A stretch of DNA of 59,586 bases, filler included, from Sphacelaria rigidula (taxonomy: Eukaryota), in the NCBI GenBank assembly GCA_964200075.2. It is 8 parts of 8 records of this genome, joined end to end, with 100 filler letters (N's around TTAATTAATTAA, not from the genome) between each part and the next. Parts side by side here need not be neighbours in the genome. Positions count along the whole stretch, not along the records: positions 44,767 to 52,126 come from CAXNAA020015261.1; positions 52,227 to 59,586 come from CAXNAA020015262.1; 6 more parts are not named here. The stretch is one strand, 5' to 3'. Of the stretch, positions 50,741 to 59,586 are shown in pieces (the first letter of the stretch is position 1; every line of letters starts with the position of its first letter). Made by a program: the position numbers and the translations under genes. The notes below the pieces were generated by a model, which was not told the origin of the DNA, did no database searches, and saw only the letters and a program-made list of their open reading frames with translations.

Positions 50741-51801
50741 TTGTCTTCTCTTCTGCCACGACGAGATCGAACGTCATCATCTCTGGCAGTATATAAAACA
50801 AAACCTGCAAAGCGTTAGCAGCAGGAGTGGTCCAGCCCACGTGGACAACGGGCTAAGTGATCTGATCTGCATTATCCCAACCCCCCCCCCCCCCCCCCCC
50901 CGCTCCAAGGTCCTGCACGACCTCCAGGAATCTCCAAAAGTCGGCTGCCTCACTGTCGCTTTTATTACCATCACCACACGAGGTCGATTTTTCTGACTCG
51001 CGATCAATACGGACCGGTATTTCGGGAACATACTTTTTCCTTGCTTTGAGGCCACGAAACTAATTCTCAGCACGTGAACCAAGTTTATCGTGAGGAGTCT
51101 GACTACGTCTGGGGACCTAATTAAATAAATTTGGAGTACCCCCCCTGTCAAAAATGGGCTTGGTGGAATTTTCGTGTATTATGCCTGATCTTGAATATAT
51201 CACCCCTCGCTCCATGTGAAATGGATCACTGGAAATCGATCGACTGCGGGGGTGCTGACTGGATGCTCGAAAATACATTGTCGGGCACTTGATTGATAGT
51301 GAATATAATGGTATATCATTCTTATTATATATGCATATGTATATATATGTATTATCTTTTTTTTTTCTTCAATTTTTCATTTTCGATGCGTGTTTTCGTG
51401 AAGAAATGGTCGAGACGGGCGGGTTAACGTTTTGCTCGTTCATGGATCACGCCCTTCCTCCCCCGTCCCCCTTAAAAATATGCAGAAGAGGTTTGGGAAG
51501 ATTGCAGCGGATGCATGAAAGCATAGAAGGCAGGGAGAAGTAACGTTGGTGGGAGATTTTAATGCAACGGTTGGAAAAAGCAAGTAAGCCGGATGATATC
51601 ATCGGGCACGACGGGGGAGGGAACGAAAACACGAAATGGAGTAGACATGCTGAAGTCTCTTGAAAATAGCGAGATGAAGACTCCGAACGATAGGTCACAA
51701 AACCAAAGATACAATATACATTAACTAGAACATACGAGGGGGAAAAGGAAGAAATGTCTTTTCTTGACTATGTAGTGGTGAAATACTGAGATAGTAAGGA
51801 A

Positions 51802-52052
51802 GACACTTTCTATGATGTCCCCCCCACCCCAAAAAAACGTTCCTGGTGTGGGGAGGCAAAATGTTGACGTGAATCGAATCGGAAAAGACCGAGCACAACG
51901 AGCAGCTGGGAATTCTCACGCTTGGGTTCGTTCTCGCCTATGTCGCCCGTATGAGCTGCTTAATGCAGCCTGAACCCAAACATCAGGCGCTGTATGACCA
52001 AATTTTTCGAGACACTTTTTGGCTAGTATTGGGGGGGGGGGGGGGGGGGGGA
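51802..52052. mobile_element. Second, right-truncated copy of the 35026-35329 MITE
   Basis: GACACTTTCTATGAT...CCGAGCACAAC.AGCAGCTGGGAATTC.CACGCTTG.GTTCGTT.TCGCC.ATGTCGCC. Confidence 0.75.
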
Positions 52053-52126
52053 GGGAGAGAAAGAGCTGAAAATGAAGACCATGGTACGCGGGGGGGGGGG
52101 GGGCATGAAGGGCAGTTAGTATATAG

Positions 52127-52226
52127 NNNNNNNNNNNNNNNNNNNNNNNNNNNNNNNNNNNNNNNNNNNNTTAATTAATTAANNNNNNNNNNNNNNNNNN
52201 NNNNNNNNNNNNNNNNNNNNNNNNNN
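52127..52226. other. Artificial contig linker
   Basis: Same linker. Confidence 0.98.
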
Positions 52227-52640
52227 GACCGGAAGGCGAGTTCGACGGCACGTGCCTGTGTCAGCATGCGATCTCGCAATCCCTTTTAACGCACACTTCA
52301 ACACCGGAGACGTGGTGACGACTTCTACTTGTACCTCCATCCTATGAAAATACCGCACCGCCGCAAACTTGCCCGATATCGTCCTAGCTACGTTCCCTTG
52401 GGAATCGAAACACCACGCCGCAAACTCGACCAAATCCCAAGTCATCTCTTCAACCGATGCGTTGGGGCCGAAAACTTATCCCGGCTTATCAACCCGCGAA
52501 AGAGACACCAAGACCGGAAACCCGCCTCGTAATTTCGTTTAGACGAAGCCGCAGTTGACTTTCCGACGAGCCCGACGCCAAGACCGCAAAAGTAAGGTCC
52601 AGAGCTTCTTGCTCGAGCCGCTGCTCCTGCCAACAAATGC
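52227..52640 (-). pseudogene. Tyrosine recombinase N-terminal (SAM-like) domain, frameshifted and truncated
   Basis: AASSKRNYEAGFRSWCLF...LVEFAAWCF..GNVARTISGKFAAVRYFHR...LKCALKGIAR...RLPV. Confidence 0.8.
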
Positions 52641-54646
52641 CGGGCCGAAAAAAGTGCAAGTTACGAGCAATGTCAGCACGGTCCCACCTCGAGATACCAT
52701 CGGCAAGAGTATTTGCTACCCCTTTGATGTGTTTCGCACGGAACCGCCACACGTTTCGCATTTCCAACACGCCCATCATTCGCATGAGCGCCCCCGACCG
52801 TGGCTCTTTCGCCCCCCTACATTTGTTTACCCAGTGAACAGCGCTCATGTTATCCCCCCGCATCAAGATACTCTGCCCGGGGTACTCCGGTCGTTCCCCA
52901 GGATGCACAGTCAACGCCCACGCTGTCACTACCATAGCCAGCAGCACGAAAACGTTCATCGACATATCGTCTCTAGAAAGCACACGGGTACGGAGGCGTG
53001 CAAGTACCTCCGGAGTGAAATCTATCCTCCACCATTCCCCGGTTTCCAAACAGTATCCTCCCATGGCATCCCCGCTGGCATCCCCGCTGGCATCGCTAAT
53101 GATTATCAAGCTTGGGAGCTGCAGAAAACAGCACGACAGAGGTGCTTCTAACCGAGTCACACCGTATACCCCTGTAGCCATATCCAAAATCAACCTCCAA
53201 AAAGCCACGTCATCATGGAATTCTGGACCCAGCCGAACGCATCCCCGACGCTGTGCGCGCCTTGCTACGAATCCTTTGTCCGTCGCTTCGCCTGCCGGGA
53301 ATGGCGCTAGAACTAGTTGATTTAGAATACGCCGCACGAAAACCTTTCCCGGTCTCACGACTTCACACAAGTGCCGAAGCTTTCCCACCAACGATCGCAC
53401 TTCCTTAACCGACGCTTCCTTCCTGTCTACTGGCCATTGGTCGAAAGTGCCCCGCAGATTCTCAATCTTGCGCTGTGGGACGGAAATGGTCATCGCCACT
53501 GTGTCAATCGTCCATCCCAACATTTCCATGCGAGTGTTCCACGACGTCGTTTTTTCGCGCGCAAACAACGGAGGCATTCCAGGTTCCCGACGACTCCCAA
53601 ACGAACGAAAACTGTCAGAAGAAAAGGACCGGGTAGCGCGAAGACACCGTCTGCCTGCCAAGAAACTTTCCGCCTGCACGAACAGCGCGTCATCCACAAA
53701 AGTCTCTACCCAAAACTTGTCGCGCAGCCCCCCGCCCACACCCGGGGGATAAACATAATCTCGTGGTAACTCGGCGCGCACCTCGTCTGTTCGAGGTGGC
53801 TCTACGCGTACATGTCTAGCGGCTGCATGGCCTTCCTCTGTGACTTCTGCGTTCTGGAAAGTCGTGTTGTTGTGCGCGTGCTGGACAGCTGCCGCGCCCA
53901 CCCCCCACAACGCAGGCGAACTACTCCATCCAAACAGAATTCGGGGGGGGGGGGGGTTCGACATTGGCAACAAATTTTCCGTGAAGGTACAGAATTCGCC
54001 ACGCCACATTGCGGAACACATGTCCTATTTTACACTCCGGTACCGCCGATGTATCAGTATCTTCGTTTACACTGTTTCCAGACATAGCGTTAGACAAATC
54101 ATGACAAATGCGAACCTTTGACGGGGAGACAGAGACCGTCATAGGTGATACGCGAAAACCTGGAATAGCAGCAGCTGTGGGACGTGAAAAAACAAGTGCT
54201 CTCCCAAGTAACACGTCCTCAACAATTTTTGCCATAATTTCCGAAGAATATGGTCTGACAGAACTATGGTTTCCATATTGGAGCGCCGCAACCAAATCTC
54301 CCCGCCTACATACCGCAACCGGTGCCCCGATACTGACAATCTGCACCAACAGATCTATGTCGGGAAACTCTTTCACTTCGCCAAACCAACGCCGAATCAG
54401 AGATACATCATCGCGGGGAACGGGCAATACAGTCAGAGTTTCAAGCATACTGCTAAACGAACCGCTTTTGTTTTCCAACAACCGTTGGCTTTTTGCTGCT
54501 ACATTATGGAGTGCTGTATAGGTTGATTGAGGATCGGCTGAGCGCGCTAACCGTTTTAGCGCAACCGCACATTCTTCGACATCACCAGCCCCACCTTGTT
54601 GCTCGCTCAACGCCGACCTCGGTCCTCCCGCCTGCTCGCCGTCCAC
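52489..54646 (-). pseudogene. DIRS-type reverse transcriptase / RNase H
   Basis: YGNH.S, RVSP...KVRICHDLS, FGWSSSP, FVDD (53700-53689), MLGWTIDT, RSLVGKL, ISDASG, RGDN.SAV, GVANTLADGISR; frameshift at the G14 run 53943-53956. Confidence 0.9.
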
Positions 54647-54700
54647 GGAAACCGCGTGCTAGTCCGAGGTTGGCCCCGCCTCGAGGCGAGGCCCGCACCC

Positions 54701-56134
54701 CTAGTTGCGGCCCCCACCACCGCCGCCACCCCCGCCCCCACCGCCATTACTGCGTCCACCAGTACCGCCCCCGGCGCTCTGGTTGCTGGGGCGGTTGTTG
54801 GTTCCCCCGATCTCCAAGCCGTCGCCCCCGGCGCGACCAGTGCCACCGGCGCGACGATTGCCACCGCCGCCGCCTCCCCCGCCGCTAGCTCGAGGACCGT
54901 CGCCCCCGTTGCTGGATCGACGATTCGCTTTCTTGTTGTGCTCCCATGGGCAGTTCCGGCGACGGCATACTCCTTCCTTCATCTCCACGAAGCAGTGTCG
55001 GTCACGAATTTGGCTATTTCCGGAGCGGGAACGCTTGGTCGGCGACAGTAGGGAAGAGGTGCGGATGCGGATGCCCCGAAGTCCCCCGCTATCAATAAAG
55101 TTGCGAAGGAAAGTCCACTGCGGTGTCACCACCGGAGGCATGTCCTCGATATTTGGAGGCGTTGGGTGCTGTCGCTGGAATGCGACGGCGCTAGTAAACA
55201 GGCTCGAAGACCACCGACCCAGGTCATCATCAACGAGGGACTCCATCATGGCGCATACCTCCGGTTCCAACATCTTGGCGGGCCATTTGCGGCAGTGTGC
55301 CCGCAACAGCGTAGCGCCCTCCTCCATGGTTTCGCGAAGAATCTCCAGACGGATGCGCCCGTCGTCCGACTCGATACCCAGGGAGAGGAGCGTCATGATG
55401 ACCTCGATCAGTATTTCAAGGTGCTCGTACAGCGACGTGCTGGTGACGCGTGGGTTGCCGTTCTCCGCCACATACAGCCGCACGCGAAAACCACTCATGG
55501 AGTTAAGTTGTTCCATGACGGCGGGGGTAACTTTGACGATCTCATGCAACACCGCTTGCATCTCCGCCGCCTTCAACCCACTGACGGTCGAACGCTCCCC
55601 GATCAAAACCCGCAACTTCATCATTGTCGGGTTGTACCACGCTTTCATGCTTCCTTTCGCACGAGCCTGTTGGACGTGCGAGGTCGACGCGAGTGAAACA
55701 CGCGGCTGCGTCAAATCGTGGACCGCAGGCCGTCCTTCGCCAGCGTCAAAATCCTCGTTCTCGCGACGGCGGTCTCCCCGGCGTCGCTGGTGGCTCTGCC
55801 GCGGCGCGGTCTGCCTCCAGGGCCTGAAGCTGTGTAACCGTGCCACGGGCCTCGTCGCGTTCCACCGCGGCCGCATCGCGCTCGGCTGGTATCTCCTCGA
55901 GCCGTGCCCACAACTCGGCTGCCTCGGCTGCCGTGAGCGGACCCTCCCCGCGTAGAGGTGCGGCCGACCGCGCCCTGGGTGGTGCACGCCCCGACCCCGA
56001 TCTACCGGGCGCGCGCTGGGTAGTACGGGCGCCCCCGCGGCCGTGCCCCCGTGGAGTGCCCCCAGTCGACGACCTCGTCGCCGCAGGCATCTAATGTAGA
56101 GAAACAATAAGGCGGTCATGCGGGCATGGGCCAA
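54701..56134 (-). CDS. gag-like ORF1 of the DIRS-like element with C-terminal CCCH finger (start uncertain)
   Basis: 477-codon ORF upstream of RT; CFVEMKEGVCRRRNCPWEH; Gly-rich tail. Confidence 0.65.
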   Translation of the reverse strand: MAHARMTALLFLYIRCLRRRGRRLGALHGGTAAGAPVLPSARPVDRGRGVHHPGRGRPHLYAGRVRSRQPRQPSCGHGSRRYQPSAMRPRWNATRPVARLHSFRPWRQTAPRQSHQRRRGDRRRENEDFDAGEGRPAVHDLTQPRVSLASTSHVQQARAKGSMKAWYNPTMMKLRVLIGERSTVSGLKAAEMQAVLHEIVKVTPAVMEQLNSMSGFRVRLYVAENGNPRVTSTSLYEHLEILIEVIMTLLSLGIESDDGRIRLEILRETMEEGATLLRAHCRKWPAKMLEPEVCAMMESLVDDDLGRWSSSLFTSAVAFQRQHPTPPNIEDMPPVVTPQWTFLRNFIDSGGLRGIRIRTSSLLSPTKRSRSGNSQIRDRHCFVEMKEGVCRRRNCPWEHNKKANRRSSNGGDGPRASGGGGGGGGNRRAGGTGRAGGDGLEIGGTNNRPSNQSAGGGTGGRSNGGGGGGGGGGGGRN

Positions 56135-56499
56135 TATGGGATAAACAAACGTTTAGCGACGAGTATCAACGAGCGGCGGCCACTGGTGTTCGGGTTTCAA
56201 ACACATGCGAGCATCACGCCGAGGTGGAAACGCCTTGTCAAACTTTCGTGTATAGTTTGGACGTTAGCCCCGCTAACCTTACCCGTAGACAAGAGTCGTA
56301 TTCCTATCGCAAGCTGGAGGCATCAGCTGTCGAGATGTGTCATTGTTTTGTGTGTGTGTTTTTTTTCGCTCGCCGGCGTTTGGATCGATGGCTTTTTGCC
56401 GACCACGCCACTTCCGTCATGCCCCTCCCCGCGGGAATATATATATATATATAAATAAAACAGAGAACACTTGTGCCGACGGGTTCGATATTTGACCGA

Positions 56500-57186
56500 C
56501 GATCACACACACGCTCTACATCGCGGATACACCAAGCGTCCATGATGAAAACGGCAACATCCTATGGTGTTGATTTAGCGGCGTACGTAGGCTTTTGTAC
56601 ATCGAAGAAAATTATACTCGACCGTTCCCATAAACAGTCACAGTTTCGACTCATATTTATTTGGCTGCTTCCCAAAGTCTTTCGACACTCTGGATCAAGA
56701 AGCGTCTTGACCATCCGCTAATTGACCAGAGGGCAACCCCCCGTGGATATCCGTGGGATCGATATACAATCGAAACGGCTAGTACATAGGGCAGGTGAGG
56801 CAGAAAACTTGTTGATATATATATATATATATATATATATCTTGAACATATTGTTTGCTGCAACTCGAAATGTTTTCGACAGCCAGGGCCACGGAGAGTA
56901 CACACGTGCACCGCTACCGACCAGACGGCAACCTCCCGTGGATTTCCGTGAGAGATTTGGTCCAGCATATATATATATATATATATATTTACACAGGTTT
57001 CTGCACTTCGAAGACGACTGACAGCGCCGGTAAGTAATCGAACATCCGGGATGAAACGGCAACATCGTATGATGTTGATTCAGCGGCGTTCGTAGGCTTC
57101 TGTACTTATAAGAAAAACAGAGCTCGACAGTTACACTACAGTCGCAACGGCGACCACCTCTGGGTGTGATTGATTCAAAGCTTTAA

Positions 57187-57217
<31 letters not shown>

Positions 57218-58515
57218 GCTACCTCCCGAAGTATTTCGGCACTCTGAATCAGGAAGCGTTTTCACCATCCACTAATTGACCAGAGGGCAACCTCCCGTGG
57301 ATTTCCGCAGGAGGTTGGTTCAGCATACGCATTTGGCCCGCAGTCTTCTGCACTTCGAAGATAACTCGACAGTTCCGATATACAATCGAAACGGCAACTG
57401 CACATGACAGTCGAGTCAGAAGCCTGCTAAATGTTTGGGGCTGTTTGTTTGCTGCAACTCGGAAATTCCCGACAGCCCGGTCACGGAGCGTGCATATGTG
57501 CAACGCTGCTGACCAGACGGCAACCCCACGAAATTCCGTGATAGGATGGTTCAGCATATATACATATTCGCTACACAGGCTTCTGCACTTCGAAGACGAC
57601 TCGACAACTCCGATAGGTAATCGGAACGGCAACTACACGTGCAATTGAGTCAGAAGCCGGTCGAAATGTGTTGGAGCTTATTGTATTGCTGCAACCCGAA
57701 ATCGGCAGCCCGGGTCGAGTAGCGTATGTGCAGACACGCTATTGACGTGTGCAACGCCAACTGACCAGACGGCAACCTCCTGTGAATTTCCTTGAGAGGT
57801 TGGTTCAACATAGGCATTTCTGTACGCAGACTTCTGCCCTTCGAAGACTACTCGACAGTTTCGATAGGTAATCGAAACGGCAATCACACAGTATAATTGA
57901 GTCAGAAGCCTGCTGCAATGTTTGGAACTCATTTTTGACTGCAACCCAAAAACATTTTCTGCAGCCCGGGTCGCGAAGCGTATGTGCAACAAACTCGAGA
58001 AACGTATGTGCAACACGCTATTTGACCAGACGGCAACCTCTCGGATGTCCTGGAGAGGTTGGTTCAGCACGAGCATAGGTTTCTGCACTTCGATAAAACT
58101 CGACAACTCCGGGATGGCCCACAGCGGCGATACACACACCTGTGTGAGTGAGTCAGAACACATTCAACATGAGAGTAGGTTTTCTGCACTTCGAACAAAC
58201 TCGACAGCTCGGGGATGATCCGCAATCGGCCATGCAGAAACGGGAGCGATGGAGCCAGCAAACGTGCAGCTTTACTTCCGAAAGTAGTTACTTCCCCCTG
58301 CACGAGCATAGGTCTCTGCACTTCGACAAACCTCGACAGCTCCGGGATGGCCCAGAAACGGCAATACACGCATGTGTGCGATTGAGCCAGAAATATTTAG
58401 CATAAGTGTAGGTTTTCTGCATTTCGACCAAACTCGACAGCTCGGGGATGATCTGAACGGCAATACACAGATGTCTGCGATGGAGCCAGAATACCGTGCA
58501 ACTTTACTTTCGACA
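56500..58515. repeat. Diverged satellite, ~100-130-bp monomers in ~235-260-bp dimers, with (TA)n tracts
   Basis: Recurrent GACCAGA.GGCAACC (~56724, 56919, 57278, 57511, 57763, 58024) and CTGCACTTCGA...CTCGACAG. Confidence 0.85.
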
Positions 58516-59527
58516 ATAGCTGCTTCCCGATAGCTGGCAGCCTGTTTCACAGTGCGTGTGGATATACCACAGTGACCAGACATACCGGTATATGTGATAG
58601 CACGACGCCAGGAAGCTGGCCCACTGCGCAGCCCGGCCTCCTTCCGCGTTTTCAAGCGCATAGATTCCCTCGCGCCACACCCGGAAGCTGGCCCCCTGCG
58701 CAGCCCCGCCTCCTTCACACCTAATTGATCAAACTTGTTGGCCTGCGCACCTAATCGATAAAATTTGTTGGCCCCTGTCGAACTGGCCCAGCTCCTTGTA
58801 TGCTCTCTCTGTCCACCTGTTGTGTCTCCAACCTACGCTGATTTGCGTCTCCTTGTTTTGACTACCCGTGGACTTTCCCGCAAAATGAACGCTTGGGGCT
58901 GACTATTCAACTGTTCCCCCGTGACCCTAAAAAATCGACTGAAATAATAAAAAGGCGGCTGACTATTTGACTGGTCCTCCGTGACCCTGAAAGAGCGGCT
59001 GAATTAATAGACGCCTCTTTGGCCAATTCGATGTTTGCAACATAGGAAGGTTTGCTTCTTTCTGAACAAACCTCCCCTTATTATTCACCTTGGGTACGTC
59101 CATTCTTGTGACCTCGGATGGATTCCTATGGAATCGAATCATGCTGCGGTAAGGGTTGCACATGCCGGCCCAAATGCAACCCTACCGTGGCATGCCTCAT
59201 CGGTCAATATGCAGCAACCGACCAACCAATCAGTATCTGTCGAAGTGTTGCATGAGATATTACTCAGTTGCCTGACGAGTGCTAAATGACTCCCCCTAAC
59301 ATTTCTCACCACTCTCCGTCTCTCTCCTGCTCTCGCCACGTGTCTCCAAACACACACGTTGAGAAGATTCACCGCTGGTAAAGGATGGCTACAAGGTACC
59401 CAGGCATTTCTGTTTCTGGATCCAGCACACTCAACAAAAGACGACGGTGTCGATGGCAACAGCAACAACAAAAGCGCTGCTACACCGGGGCAAGCAAAGG
59501 TTGGAATACGAATTAATTACTGTTAAA

Positions 59528-59586
59528 CGTCGAACAGGGGGAGGGTTCGGGGGGGGAGGGGGGCGTACTCATTTGTTGCTTGCCTT
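59528..59586 (-). mobile_element. LINE 3' tail at the contig end
   Basis: GGGCGTACTCATTTGTTGCTTGCCTT, as at 14571 and 29846. Confidence 0.8.

Larger units (their letters stand above)
52227..56437 (-). mobile_element. DIRS/Ngaro-like tyrosine-recombinase retrotransposon, 3'-truncated by the contig end
   Basis: gag-like ORF, DIRS-type RT/RNase H and overlapping YR ORF in canonical order. Confidence 0.9.

Noticed and set aside
54659-54703. Stop readthrough between in-frame gag and RT
   Set aside because: Two in-frame TAGs 42 nt apart; an indel in an overlapping-frame layout is simpler
54705-55955. 416-aa plus-strand ORF
   Set aside because: Antisense shadow of the GC-rich gag-like ORF
56500-58515. 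Repeat-spacer array
   Set aside because: The intervening sequences are homologous to each other, so it is a satellite

Overview
This is repeat-dominated eukaryotic DNA, not one locus. Seven identical 100-nt linkers (44 N + TTAATTAATTAA + 44 N) join eight contigs of 7361/7360 bp, consistent with a length-sorted pseudo-scaffold, so adjacency across linkers is meaningless. I found no intact host gene, rRNA, true tRNA or CRISPR. Recognisable content: (1) a Ty3/Gypsy pol 3' half whose integrase is followed by a chromo-like and a Tudor-like module; (2) two copies, on different contigs, of a non-autonomous Gypsy derivative built from scrambled pol fragments plus an antisense LINE piece; (3) a decayed Ty1/Copia with an internal ~480-nt hairpin; (4) a DIRS/Ngaro-like tyrosine-recombinase retroelement; (5) a Helitron Rep (HUH) pseudogene; (6) remnants of two LINE families, a tRNA-headed SINE, several MITEs, a probable hAT relic and tandem arrays. 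The repeat families resemble those I associate with brown algae (Phaeophyceae); this is an inference from memory. All domain calls and alignments are by eye.
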